Assembly (NCBI RefSeq): GCF_009914755.1
Contig: NC_060937.1
Length of the DNA stretch: 64,000 nucleotides
Source: the human T2T-CHM13v2.0 reference genome, Homo sapiens
Strand: one strand, 5' to 3'
The notes below the pieces were generated by a model, which made no database searches, was not told the DNA's origin, and saw only the letters and a list, made by a program, of their open reading frames with translations. A program made the position numbers and the translations under genes. Below, piece by piece: positions 27,978 through 42,123 of this stretch. Within the stretch, counting starts at the first letter, position 1, and each line of letters begins with the position of its first letter.

Positions 27978-28589
27978 CTATGAGGATGTGGAGGTGGGGT
28001 GGCCTTGCGGGGAGGAAATAGGGTAGAACTTTAGAAGACAGAGCCAGAGGTTTGGTAGTTAAAAGTGGGGATTCTCCTGGCACTCCCTTTGCGTGTTCTC
28101 TTACAGGCCTCCTCTCTTAGACCCTGGCCCAGCCTCCTCCACCAGGCTGTCCTCCATCCTTCTCCTCAGGCCCCACCAGCTGCTGCTTGCTACAGCATTC
28201 TCTTCAGGGAAGTCCTGAGGATGCTGCCAGAAGATACTGAACACCAAGGAGGGGACTCACTCACTGCCAACCACGACTTCCACAGAAAGCTTGGGAATTG
28301 GGGAATGGCATGATCAAAGCCTTGCTTTATTATGCAGAGCAAATTTTTTTTTTTTGAGGGAGCATTTGTGTGGAGAATAGTGAGGAAGGGAACTAAGTGA
28401 TGAGAGCCTAAGTCAGAGCAATGGCAGAAGAAATTGAACATAATAGAACGGTTTATGTTTGGTACCACACTTTGAAGGGTAATGTATGTTATTTGTTCTT
28501 TATCATAGTCAACAACAAATCTAGATTTGCTTTATGCACAGGAAGTATTTAATATTAGTTAGGTTTAATTTGATTCAATGCATTTTAAG

Positions 28590-28750
28590 TTAACCAATGA
28601 GCCCTATTGAACTCATAAGGAAACTAAAGCCGAGTAAGGTTAACTGACTTGCCCACAGTTAAAGGGTTGGAAAGTTTTGGAGCCAAGGGTGAAACCCAGG
28701 TCTCCTTAATTCAAAATCCAAGGCTTCAATCATGACACCAGTTGCCACAA
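28590..28750 (-). mobile_element. MIR
   Basis: aaggaaactaaagc...ggttaactgacttgccca core. Confidence 0.6.
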
Positions 28751-30102
28751 ATCTGTGGCATATGTGGTGATTCTATTTCTTTGCCACCACAGACATTGCT
28801 AATCGATTTCCTACGCAAGCTTGGATATGGCCTCAGAATCCTTCCAAACACAGGGCTCCAGAGACCCACCTCAAATCAACTTTTCTGTATCCTGGCAGGA
28901 TAGCATGCTCTCTCTCCAAGATAAAGGAAGGAAAATGGTAGAGGTGATTTGCGGGCAGAAGCATTATCACTTGGCAGCTGTGGGCGTAGATTGTGAGAAA
29001 GAGAAAAGGGTAGGCATCAGGAATGATGAAGGATGTAAGCCTGGGGGATGAGGGGGATGGTGACACTAATTAACAGAATAATGGAACTGGAACAGAAGCA
29101 GAGCTGTAACATGGTGAATGTGGTCTTGAGGTGTTGTCCAGTTCTTAAGGCGGTGGGGGGTGCTGTGACAATGACAGGTGAAGGCTGCTGCTTATGGAAA
29201 GACACAGGCAGGGCCTCCTAACACTTCTAGCAATTTCAGCCCCCGAAACAGTGACAACTGTGGATCCTAAAGGCATATGTCCAAAAGATGCTGGCCAAAC
29301 ATTTCAGAAAAGATGAAATAAGGAGGTCTCAAAGTCCTGCTTTTCAAGACACTGCTAGGAATCTTTTTGCAAAGCAAGAAAATTCTTTTATCATTCAAAC
29401 AATTAAATAATAATTAAAATAATTAAATATAAATAATTAAAATTAAAATTTTCATACACCAGGTTTCATTTCAGTGGGAAGAATGGGGCAGGGAAAGAAA
29501 ATGGCTCTTCAGCAGCCTTCTCAGTGACAATTATAAACAATTTCTGTAAAACTTCACACCCTAAATGAAGCACCAAACCTGAAGTGCTTAATCAAAACAA
29601 GATGTTTTGATTGAAAGAAAGCTTTGATGAGTTGCTTCTATCAATTGCCCTTCAGCATAAGATTAGAAATGCAAAGGCTTCTATCATCCCCATGATGTTC
29701 TTTAAACTTCATTATGTCAGGCACACATGGCAAATTAAACAGAATGCTACAGAAAGTGTCTGGCCATAAGAGGAGGCAGAGGCACTGCTTACAGAAACCT
29801 TGCTAGACAACTAATTGAACAGTTTTCTAACCTCAGAACAGACGTGCTTTCTATTATTTAGCATTTAATATGCTTCCTCTCTCTCTCTCATTTCTTTTTA
29901 CCTTTAGCTTGTTTCTTCCTATTTCATTGCCATCTACTTTATAAATGTCTTGATCAAATTATAAAGTTATAACATTATACAGATTCTATTTGGTCCCATA
30001 TGGCTAATGTCAACCAGAGAGCCTTTAATATTTTCTAAGGAACAGGATATCATATTTAATGCCCTCAAAACTAATTTCAAGCTAAAAAATGTTGAAGGCT
30101 AT

Positions 30103-30126
30103 ACATACACACACACACACACACAC
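30103..30126. repeat. (CA)n microsatellite
   Basis: Read directly. Confidence 0.9.
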
Positions 30127-30677
30127 GAATGTTCTACAACAAGACTATCCACCCCCTCCAAAGTCAAGCTTTGATATATGCCCTAACAAAATAAAAAAAA
30201 AATTCAAATATGCTTTACAACAAACTACTAAAAACCACAGACCAACATAATTTCTTTAGAAGCATAAAGTCACTTGTGATCCATATGCCAAAAGCATAAC
30301 AAAATGCAAAAAAAGCCCTTAAGTTCATTGATTGGCCTAACAATATCAATTTTTCTCTACACTTCAGTGAATTATATACATGAAAGAATATTTCGATCTT
30401 AGGAATTCTTCATCTGGTTAGTTTTGTTTCCAGTGAAGCAAACATCAAACAGGGTCTTATATGTTTATGGATAGGTACAAATCCATGGAAAAGATTCCAA
30501 TTACTTTTTTTTTTTTAAAGTTTAAAGCTGTGTGTTATGTGCAGAGGGGGTAGTACAAAGAGCTATGGATATTCTAAACCAAATATTAAAACAGCATTTC
30601 AAGCAGCTCAAAGTATCATACAACATTTTCAGTAGTAAGGAAATTTCACTCAGCAGCAATATTTTTAATAGAAAAAC

Positions 30678-30947
30678 TTTTTTGTTTTTGAGACAGAGTC
30701 TGACTTTGTTGCCCAGGCTGGAGTGCAGTGGCTCGATCTTGGCCCACTGCAATCTCCGCCTCCTGGGTTCAAGCTATTCTCGTGCCTCAGCCGGGTGCCA
30801 CCATGCCCGGCTAATTTTTGTATTTTTAGTAGAGACGGGGTTTCACCGTGTTGGCCAGGCTGGTCTCGAACTCCTCACCACAGGTGATCTGCTCGCCCCA
30901 ACCTCCCAAAGTGCTGAGATTACAGGCATAAGCCACTGTGCCTGGCC
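30678..30947 (-). mobile_element. AluS with short internal deletion
   Basis: ctcagcc|gggtgccacc junction lacks about 20 nt; TSD taatagaaaaa. Confidence 0.92.
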
Positions 30948-31329
30948 TAATAGAAAAATCTTCTAAAGACTCTTTAACTGGGGACTTTATCAAACATTGC
31001 ACTTGCTGCTCTGATAAGAAAGAAGGGAGATGGGGAAAGTGGTGGGTGCTGGATGGCATATAGCTCCTTGTCTATGTCCACCTCCTTCCCTTTTGCCTTT
31101 AGGAAAGAAGGGCTGGACAACGATGGAGAGTCCTTGGGAGAGCCAGAAAGATTTATCTGGGCTAGCTGGTACAGTGAAGACCAAGCAAAGTGGGAAGCTT
31201 TTTGGTTTCCCAAATTAGTCTCAATGCTTTGCTCGGGCACGGACAGCATGTACAGTAGGCAGCAATCTGCAAAATTGCAAAGGGGCATTTTGGCTTTTTG
31301 CCCTTCTACTGTGATTTCTGAAATCTAGT

Positions 31330-31580
31330 CACCTTTTCTAAGGTACCCTCTTCCCCATCTCTGCAACTCATTCTGTTATTTCCTCCATGACAGTTGTCAC
31401 AACCTGAAACTATCTGTGCACTTAATTGTCTGTTTTCTTATTGTTTCCTACCCTAATAGATTGTCATTTCCACCAGGGCAGGAGCCTGGCCTGTGCTGTT
31501 CACCTCTCATCACCAGCACCTAGACTACTAATGCCTGGCACAGAGTTGGCCTCAATGAGAGGGTGTCAAAAGATAAACGA
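31330..31580 (+). mobile_element. L2 3' end
   Basis: cagggcagg...cagcacctagac...tgcctggcacagag. Confidence 0.6.
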
Positions 31581-32119
31581 ACCCTTGCTTGCGCCTGGCC
31601 TCCTGTCCTCAACTTATGTTACTGTGGCCTTATGTTGCCTTGTGGTTAGTCAAAGACCCCCATCAGTCTTACCCTCCAGCCAGCCATTGCCATTGGATAA
31701 ACATTGTGTTTTCCACCCCCAGCTCCAGAGGTGGGCCTTGGTTGAGCTAAGCCAATCACAGTTTTCTTCTGGCACAGTGTAGAGGTAGACATGTGATATA
31801 CTTTGAACTTTGTCTATTCAGAGAAATGCTCAGAATTTTGTTCAATGGTTGAGGAAAGAGAAGATCCCACCCTATCCCAGGAGCCAGGAGGCGCACAGCC
31901 CTGGGGGCTCTCAGTGGCCACCTCACTTCCACAAGGTCAAAGCCCATGAGGTCAAAGCTCACACACAGAAGATGACAAAGTCAAGAGATTTTCAAAGACA
32001 GCAAGCCACAACTCTGAGACTTCAAAATCCTCTGGCTCAAATCAACCCCGAGGGCCACCTCTGAATTTTCCACTTAGATGAGTTAATTTGTTCTCTTCCT
32101 TTTAAGACTGCCAGAGCCA

Positions 32120-32303
32120 GGCCAGGTGTGGTGGCTCACGCCTGTATTCCCAGCGCATTGGGAGGCCAAGGCGGGTGGATCACTTGAGATCAGGAGTTCG
32201 AGACCAGTCTGGCCAACATGGTGAAACCCTGCCTCTACTAAAAATCCAAAAAAAGTAGCCAGGTGTGGTGGTGTGGGACTGTGGGCTCCGTCTCAAAAAA
32301 AAA
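32120..32303 (+). mobile_element. AluS lacking most of right arm
   Basis: Left arm, then junction to ctccgtctc-polyA; TSD aagactgccag. Confidence 0.9.
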
Positions 32304-33294
32304 AAGACTGCCAGGGCGAGGATTTCCTAATTGATACTCATCCCATCTGAAGTCCCAGTCGCCCATTATATATCTCGGCAAACTTTCATTTAATTAACAG
32401 AATAAGCATGATCTTAATGAGATTTATCTCTTGTGGACAGTATTTTTACTTAAAAATGGAAACAAACTGATCCGAATTTGTGTTTCATTGTTAGAATGTT
32501 TTTGAAATGGATGTGGAATAGCATTGTTCTTTTCCTCCCTCAGCCACCCACATTGCTAGCTTCCAGGACCACTCTATCCTGTTCCAAATTACTGGAATAA
32601 TCCAGACAGCAAAACAGATAGAAACAGCATTGCAACCACACAGCTTCCAGCTTCCTGCCTCATCTTTATATGGGAGACTCTCAAGAACAGAAAAAAGTTT
32701 TAAAAAGTTTCCTAAATTTAGGAAGTAGATGCTTTCTAATTTTCACTTTATGGTTGGCCAAGTATTTTCTTTTTTTTTTTTTTTAAATAAAGGAAAACAG
32801 AACTATAGCAAAGCCTAACAATGTCTGTTAAATGAATAGAAAATAGAATGAGAACAATTAATAAGAAATAAATTTAAAGAGTTTTGAGATTTCTGAGGAG
32901 AGAATGGTTACTTCTGGTGTGAAGGGTTAGAAAGATTTCACAGAAATTGCATTTGTGCTAGATTTTGATGGATGGTAAAGAGCAACAGGCAACAGAGATG
33001 AAAGGAGGGAATGAAACCTTAAATTATGTCCAGGAAACTAGGAGTGGCCCAGTTAGACATGAACACAGGAGATGTGTTGGTTGGGGGAAGAAGTTACAGA
33101 TAAAGTCTGGAAATGCAGTTTGAGAGCAGACTTGGAGAACTCTGAAACCCTCAAGTCAACTGGCTCAGGGGAAATCACTGAAGAGTTATTAGCAATACAA
33201 TGACATGGCCAGGGTGAGTTGTAGGACACCTTGGTTTGGCAGTGGCCTGAAGCATGGTCCAGAAGTCACAGAGACCTAAATTGGGATACAGAGT

Positions 33295-34075
33295 GTGAAA
33301 CTTGATTATGCAAATTGAGTCATTCTTATCATACCCAACTAAGCCAGAGTCGAGGGCCCGGAGTCAGGTGGTAAGCACTCAGGACACAGCATCTGCTCCA
33401 AGAATTGACTTTTCTGCAAGCCCAGCTGCTAAAATGGCAAGCTGTAACCTTAAAAACAGTGTCACCTAGTAGCTGCTGAAACGACCCGCCATGACTCCAA
33501 GACTGGTTTTTCCTACCACCATCACTGACACCCACTAATCAGAACTTGCCAGCTCCCAGAAGTTTCTCTAGTGCCAGTGAGCTTTCTTCCACAACAATAT
33601 GTAACATTTCTTTTATTCATTTTCCTTTATTTATTTGAGACAGGGTCTCAGTCTATCACCCAGGCTGGAATGCAGTGCTGCAATCATGGCTCACTGCTCA
33701 CTTGACCTCTCGGACTCAAGTGAGCCTCCCACCTCAGCCTCTGAAGCAGCTGGGACAACAGGTGTGCTCTGCCACACCTGGCTAATTTAAATTTTTTTTG
33801 TAGAGACAGGTTCTTGCTATGTTGTCCAGGCTGGTCTCGAACTCCTGGCCTCAAGTGATCCTCTCACCTTAGCCTTCCAAAGCGCTAGGATTACAGGCCT
33901 AAGCCACTGTCCCTGGCCCACATTTCTCTTTATAATAAAACTCCCAAGCTTCCCTTTTTCAGACATACCAAAGCCCACCTCAGTCTGTGTGTATGCCCCA
34001 AATTGCTATTCTGTGATTCCCAAATAAAACATTTAATTTAGAGATTTGTTTCTATGTTTTCTTTTGATTGCAACA
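33295..34075 (+). mobile_element. ERV1-class solo LTR split by AluJ
   Basis: TG start, AATAAA near 34023, ...gcaaca end; family not resolved. Confidence 0.65.
33611..33918 (-). mobile_element. AluJ inside LTR
   Basis: Full Alu; TSD acatttct. Confidence 0.9.
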
Positions 34076-34945
34076 GGAGCGTATGGGGAAAGGCAGGATA
34101 GGACAGCCTGCAGAGGCCATCCCAGGCCCCAAAGCCACCCCATTTCTCTGCATTACAGTTGGTGTCAGCAGAGCCCAAGCCAGGGATTAGGGGACACTAT
34201 GGCTCAGAGGTTCAAGCTAAGCATGGGTTAAACAGTCTTGTGAACTATCCTCAGACCCTCACCACCATCTTCAATTTTACATCTATGAAAAAACTTTAAA
34301 AAAAAAAAAAAAGAGCCTAAAAACCAAAGTATAGAGTATAACAATTTACAAGTAGGAGCTTTCAGAATAAATGTAATTATTATTATATAAATTATCTTTA
34401 AGTTTAAAAATAACAGTTCTAAGAACATTTAATTTTTTTTCCTCCTTGTTCTGGGGTGGCTTTGCGATTTTAGTCTAGACGTATTCATACCCTTAAAAAT
34501 GAGCTTTAGAGTTTAGGATCTTAAAATAGGACTGTGCTGACATAATACAACTCAAGAAGGAACAATGGTTGGGGTACAATTTGTTTCTCCTTTCTCCTGA
34601 TGAGGTTTGAATTAGTTGGAGATGGAAAATTCAGAACAGATAAATTATAGAAGGAACTAAACTTTTAGTATACTAAAATGTATTAGTATAAAAGATCTAT
34701 GACATTTTGAATAAGGCATAGATATTAGGAAACGAGTCTCAGCCAATACTATTCATCATTTCTCAATAGAAGATAAAAGCTTTCTCATCATCCAAAGAGG
34801 CAGGCCATTCAGTTATTCAAATTAAGTAGGAGAAAATGCTGGGTTAAGGACAAACAAAAAGACCTGCATTATGCTAATTCTGAACTAGTTGATGATAGAG
34901 GCTCCTCCAGCCTTTCTTGTGCTATCCTTTGTTGGGGCATGATTT

Positions 34946-35058
34946 AGCTCCGAAAAGCTTCTCTAGTGCCAGTGAGCTTTCTTCCAAAACAGTATGTAAC
35001 ATTTCTTTTATTCATTTTACTTTATTTATTTGAAACAGGGTCTCAGTCTATCACCCAG
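34946..35058 (+). repeat. 113-bp direct copy of 33551-33663 (LTR/AluJ junction)
   Basis: Ungapped manual alignment, 7 mismatches in 113 nt. Confidence 0.92.
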
Positions 35059-35111
35059 CTCCTATTATGGATTTCAGGCAGAAAGGTAGTTTGTCATACA
35101 ACTTTGTCCCA

Positions 35112-35391
35112 ATGGAACTTTGCTCTTGTCGCCCAGGCTTCAGTGCAATGGCGTGATCTTGGCTCACTGCAACCTCTGACTCCTGGGTTCAAGCGATTCT
35201 CCTGCCTCAGCCTCCTGAGTAGCTGGAACTACTGGCGCCCACCATCATGCCCAGCAAATTTTTGTATTTTTAGTAGAGATGGGGTTTCACCATGTTGGCC
35301 AGGCTGGTCTTGAACTCCTGACCTCAAGTGATCCACCCACCTCGGTCTCCCAAAGTGTTAGGATTACAGGTGTGAGCCACCACATCTGGCC
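35112..35391 (-). mobile_element. AluS lacking its poly(A) tail
   Basis: Alu body starts at atggaactttgctcttgtcgcc with no polyT and no evident TSD. Confidence 0.9.
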
Positions 35392-35834
35392 GATTCATAC
35401 TTTTTTGAACAAGAAACCAAAAAGCTTTCTGCAATTTTTTAAAAAGATGTATCTCTACAAAGCAAGAAGAAAAAGAAAACATGTTTCCAGACGCTTTCAT
35501 ATCTCAGGAAGCAGAGACAGGCTCCTAATTAGATCTGAGCACGCTCAGTAGGTATGTTTGGACTGTGTCAGCACCACACAACATGTATTTTCAATAGCAC
35601 CCGGGAGCGGCATTTTATGTTGCAGAAAAAGAAATGAGGTGGCTGTAGGTGGGGCCACATGGCTGCTGAGCCTCCTGGGGGCTCCTGGATACTCACATGT
35701 GTGAGTGCTCCCATTTCAACACTTACAACTTCCTCCTCTCCACCTTGTCTTTCTCCAAAGAGGGTGTGAGAAATGAATATTTGCACATAAAATGGAAGAT
35801 GCTGTACATGTGACACACGCAAACATTAAAAATA

Positions 35835-36040
35835 TGGGTCCTGGTGCCAGGCAGGCTTGCTGGCAATCCTGGCTCTCCACTGTATGACATTAAGCAACTT
35901 ACTTTGCCTCTCTAAGACTTCCTCATCTGCTAGGTGGGATGATACTCACCTCATGGTTTTTGGGTGGGATTTATGAGATTTTGTACGCAATGAGAAATGG
36001 CCGGAACACTGTAAACCCTCAATAAACTCTGGTTATTAAT
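35835..36040 (+). mobile_element. MIR
   Basis: aatcctggctct...ttcctcatctg...ctcaataaa. Confidence 0.65.
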
Positions 36041-37431
36041 TGCTGTGTGCATATGTGTGTGTGTGTGTGTATTTTTTTTTTCTACAAAGGAAAAAAAGTG
36101 CTTAATTTATGCATTCATAGGAAGTCATGTGGCAGGGTTTTTAAAGTCAAGGGTGAGGACAAAGGTGGAGTATTGACAGATTCAGGGGACAAGGAGGCAT
36201 TTTCAACGAGAGCTAATCCTTTTTACTAGAAAGGGTGAAATGACACAGACCACCCTAGACTTTATTACTCCTTAAAAGAAACCAAAAATCTCCCCTGGGC
36301 ATGAGACTTTGCCTCTCTCACCAAAAACAGGCTTGCTTCTACAGCTCCATCTTGAAAAGCTTCTAGCAGCCAGCACCTCCGTCCTCTGTTCTCGCCCTGC
36401 CTCACCTGTCATTTTGCTAAAGACACCCGCATCCATCCGCTTTGCTTCTCCTTTGTCTTCCCCCAGGTGCTATATCCTGAGGTTACTCAGGAGGGAACAG
36501 GAGAGCTACAAATCCAGACACGTGTTCTCCAGCTCCTCTAAGTTGTATTTATCAAGGAGACAAAACAGGACCCAGGATCACTACCTGCAACTCCCTTAAT
36601 TGTAACCTACTTTCCGATAAAAATTACATGCTTTTGAAACCAGCAATAATAAACTGAAATGCACGAACAGTCAACACAATGACAAAATGTACTCTGCAGC
36701 GATTGAGGAGACATTGTTACATCTTTTAAAATCAATCTGTGATCTGCCTCTACAGGAGATGAATGAAAGTGCATAGAAGACAAAAGAATGTGATAATAAC
36801 AGAGATAATACTCAGCCCCAGTACATCCAATCTTTTGTTGGGTCAATAACCATTTGAAAAGGAACTATGGATTTTGTGCCTAATAGAAATGAGAGGACAG
36901 CTCCAAGATAATTTGAATATTTCTTTCCCTTTTTTCCTTTTCCTTCCTATGCTGGAAATAAAAAGGTTGATGTCAACATATTTCTTAGAACATAGAGTTC
37001 CTTAAAACCGAACATGTCTGGGATGACCAAATCCCTTCCCAATCCCACAGGTTTCTCTTTGATAGACCTACAGTGAAAACTAGCAGCATCCTGACTTCCC
37101 AGGGGCCGCTGTGGCAGCACCTTCCTGGCAACAGAACATACAATGAACACACTAATGTGGTAATGAACTGACATCCAGAGAACAGGCCAGAAATTGCTGG
37201 AGGCAGGAAGCGGGGAATTTGAGGTGGCAAAAAAGAAGAGCATGCTTCACACAAACCTGCTATCTCTATTCTTTGTGCAATTAATCATTTTAGAAACTAG
37301 CAAAAGACAATGATGCATAATTGGCCGATTGAGGGATGTGACACTAGAGAGATTTTTTCAAATCTTACTTCGTGAAAAGTCATCAGTGGTTTCAAATCTT
37401 AGAAAACAGGTCTAAATAACTGTTAAATTTT

Positions 37432-37738
<307 letters not shown>

Positions 37739-38319
37739 GAACTGTTAAATTTTACCACCAACAACGACCTTTTCAGAGATAAACACTTGTACCATTGCTG
37801 CTCCAAGCAATGGCCCCACCTCTCCAGGGATATTTGTCTGTCCACCACCACAGGACACCCACGGGGCCACAGTGGCAGATCTCCTGTTAGAGAGAAGGTG
37901 GTGGGATTTCTGTGAGGTTTCCTTTAGTGCTGGAGCTCAGCTAGACATGTGGGGCCACATCACTCTGGTCTAGACCCTAGGATGTCTCTGCTGTTGTAGT
38001 ATTTATGCCTTAAATAGGAGGAGGCGGACCTCTAGGACTAGTATTGCCTCTGCCACCCAGAACATTACAATTTCTCAATTTAAGCTGCCCTTTGTGTTTT
38101 GAAGTACAGCTGCTACTAGGATGTGGATCTGAACAATTTCTTGTTCTGGTTACTGAGGATAACCAGACAGTAAATGGTTTAGGACTTTAGTGGTCAGTCA
38201 TCGCAAAGAGGCCATATACACCCTTTAACTTATACAGAGATCCAGAGAGCTGATTGGATAAAACAGCATCTGGCCCCAGCAGTGGGCTGATTGTTTTGTT
38301 GTTTAGAGAGCAGGGTGTC

Positions 38320-38525
38320 ATAGTAAGGGCACATACTAGGAGTCCTGTGGCCAGGACCCTTGGCCCTTCCATCATAGCTGTGGGACCCTGGAGAGGTAGC
38401 TCATCTCTCCAACCATGCTTCCCAAGTGAGCAAATAAGGACCACTGTACCTTCCTTCGGGGTGGCTGTGAGAATTAAATGGAATATGTTTCATACAGCGC
38501 CTGCCCCACAGTAAAGCTCAATCAA
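38320..38525 (+). mobile_element. MIR
   Basis: gtgagaattaaatgg...cagtaaagctcaat. Confidence 0.55.
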
Positions 38526-38774
38526 TCAATCACGGCCCTCCCTTTCTGAATCCTTCCTTGAATTCTTTGCATCCTCCTCATGGTCCTCAGCATAGAGTTT
38601 GGCATGCAGGGGGCTCTCAGGCAATGCTTGGCCAACTCCAAGTGATAGCGGCAGGAGGCACAGAAATTGTAGGCAGACAGGGGTGGGTCCGTGGCAAAAT
38701 CCCATGTTTGAGCCAAAAAGCCACAGCACAAAATGAGAACTTCTATTCCTGTTTGCCCACTGTCTCCCAATTAG

Positions 38775-39512
38775 TTCTTTCTGAATAATGTCTTTTTACC
38801 AATCGAATGTTGTCTTTTTCAAAACTACCTATGGCCCACCCCACCCCGAGTCCTGTGCCTATAAAGACCCCAGACTCAGCTGGCAGAAGAGAGAAGCAGC
38901 TTGACTGGAGAAAGATGATTCGACTTCAGTGGGACAGCTAGACTTTGGAGGACAGACGGCTTAACTTCAGGGAAGAGCCAGCTAGTGACAACCGGACTTC
39001 AGGGAAGATTACCTGCCCAACCTGACCCCTCTCCAGCTCCCCTCTCTGCTGAGAGCAACTTCTATCACTAAGTAAAATTTTCTACCTCCACCATCCTTCA
39101 AGTATCCGTGTAACTAATTCTTCTTGGACACCAGACAAGAGTTCAGGACCCACTGAGTGCAAGTACCCAAAAAAAGCTATCACAGTGGCCCTTTGCCCTC
39201 ACTGGCAGAGGGCAGCTGTCCCACACTATGAGGCAAGTCCACTGAGCTGATAACACACCACTGTCCACGGACAGCAGAGCTAAGATAGCATTGTAACACA
39301 CCCTCTGGGGTCTTGGGGGTTGCAGAGAGCCCCACCTGGTCTGGCTGAGGGGCCTACAGAGAGTCTGCTCCTGCTGGCGCCCAGAGTAGCTGGCCGGATC
39401 CTGCCCTTGCTCACTCATATGCTCCTTCCTGCAAAAGTTTGAGCATGGTGGGCCAAAGAAATGGGGCACCTCCGTCGCAAGTCTGACAAGGGGTGAGAAA
39501 ATTCCTGCATCA
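38775..39512 (+). mobile_element. ERV1 MER4-group LTR (MER50/MER52/LTR27-like)
   Basis: ccaatc, cctataaagaccccagactcag, 3' end aaaattcctgcatca; 5' boundary uncertain. Confidence 0.75.
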
Positions 39513-40445
39513 CAAGGAGCTTCAAAGATATGTGACTTATTCCAGGGCAGTGTCTTGTACCATGCAGCTTGATGTGAAACGGTCCTGGAATACAGCCACG
39601 TGACTTTGATGATCGTCTGCCCAAAGGGCCTTGTGTTAGTTCAGTTTCAGCTGAAAATATTACCCAAGTGCAGTCCCAAAGCACTATTAATGCAGGGTCC
39701 CATGATACTGGCCTGGATACTTAAAAGATAAGGAAGATAATGGTATATTCTTTCACCAGCACCTACCTAAAATACATTTTCCCCTTAGCATACAATATTC
39801 ATACCCAGTGCTCTTGACTTCACTTCTTAATGAATACTTTACTGAAACCATGTCCAACCACAAATGCTCAAATGCAATTCTTTAACATTTGGCACTTCCA
39901 TTATGCCTTTGGTAAAGAATTTAAATTTTTTGGTACATGTCTTTCTTCCTAACCACTTTCTCAAATAAATTATTTTTAATGGAAATACACAGAAAAGGCT
40001 ATCTGCATATACCCTTGGCTATCAAAGTTTTAATTTTCCCACTAAATTACATTTTTTTTCTTAAAACTCTGACTATGCAGACTCCTCACAATGTTAGGCA
40101 GAAACAGAATAAACCGAATTCTTGTTATTCATTGTTCCTAAGTGTTTTTTCCCAGCAAAAAGTCTGATACTGGGTGTGTAAGTGTTTCAGAAATGTTGAA
40201 AAGAAACTAAGGCTCATGCTTCTAGACAAAACAGAAGTTACGGAAGCATAATATATAAAAAAAATTCAATGACTAGAACTTGGCAGTTTAAAACTAAACT
40301 TGCAAAGGGTAGGTAACCAAGTGCTGTCTACCTGAGCAGGGCACTGTCCAGGAAAGATGATTATTTTTTCTTAAATTCTAGCCTGCATTATTTTAATTCC
40401 AATTTGGTTATGTCAGTTAGTATAGGAAAGAGGTACGAATTTTTA

Positions 40446-40790
<345 letters not shown>

Positions 40791-40833
40791 AGCAAAATTA
40801 TTGCTAATTGAAAAGAGAACTGAAACTAACCAA

Positions 40834-41129
40834 GGCCAGACACAGTGGCTCATGCCTGGAATCTCAGCACTTTGGAAGGCCAACGTGGGTAGATCACTTG
40901 AGGCCAGGAGTTCAAGACAAGCCTGGGCAAAATGGCAAGACCCTGTCTCTACTAAAAATACAAAAATTAGCCAGGTATGGTTGCACTGCCTATAGTCCCA
41001 TCTGCTCAGGAGGCTGAGACACAATGATCCCTTGAGCTGGAGAGGTCAGGGCTGCAGTGAGCTGTGATCACACCACTGCACTCCAGCCTGGGTGGCAGAG
41101 TGAGATTCTATCTCAAAAAAAAAAAAAAA
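40834..41129 (+). mobile_element. AluJ
   Basis: Full Alu; TSD gaaactaacc. Confidence 0.92.
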
Positions 41130-41817
41130 GAAACTAACCTAATATTTTCTGAGGCTGCCAAATTCTGGGCTGTTTATGAACCATCTCACGAAAAGACAGA
41201 AGTTTTTTTGAAGGCAAAGATCATAGCTTATTCATCATTCTATCCCTGGCAATTAGTTGAAGGCCTGGCAAACAGTAAAATCTCATAATTCAATCAAATA
41301 TAAAGAGGAAGGAGATGACTTGAAGATGAGTAAAAGATCACTGGAGAGAGCCAATGATTTTAGGAATTGTTTTATGAGGCAATAAGGGGCAAATAAATAC
41401 TGAAAAGAAACATTTATTGTTGCATTATGCTTTGAAATCTACTAAATGTATCCAAATTTCCCATGAGAAAGTTAACTGCTATTCAGAGAATTCTGAAACA
41501 TAAAAATAAGTTAAGCTCAAGTATAATGCTATCATAGCAGGCATTTGAAGCAATTTGTTAATCCTTAGAACATATCACTATTTTGCAGATTGAAGAAATA
41601 AAAAATTATGTTTTTTCAGAGTCACAGAAACTCAATAGTTCTAGGTCAATACTATGAACCATGCTGAAGAGAATAACTTGGGTAGTAAGTGTTGTAACAC
41701 GGAGGGGGTCCCTTTAAATCATAGCACCCTGATGTTACCAGCCGCAAAGGCTGTGTATCCCCAAACTATATTCCCTACTTTTGACTCCTGGAGTTACCTA
41801 TTCAAAGATGAGTTTTA

Positions 41818-42123
41818 GGCTGGGTGTGGTGGCACACACCTGTAATCCCAGCACTTTGGGAGACCAAGGCAGGAGGATCGCTTGAGCTCAGGAGTTGGAG
41901 ACCAGCCTGGGCAACATAGCAAGATCTCTTCTCTACTAAAAGAAAAACAAAAAACTAGCTATGTGTAGTGGTGGGTTCCTGTAGTCCCAGCTACTAAGGA
42001 GGCTGAGGTGGGAGAATAACTTGAGTCCAGAAGTTGAGGCTGCAGTGAGCTGTGATCACACCACTGCACTCCAGCCTGGGTGACCCTGAGACCCCACCTC
42101 AAAAACAAACAAACCAACAAAAA
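41818..42123 (+). mobile_element. AluJ
   Basis: Full Alu with (CAAA)-type tail. Confidence 0.92.
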
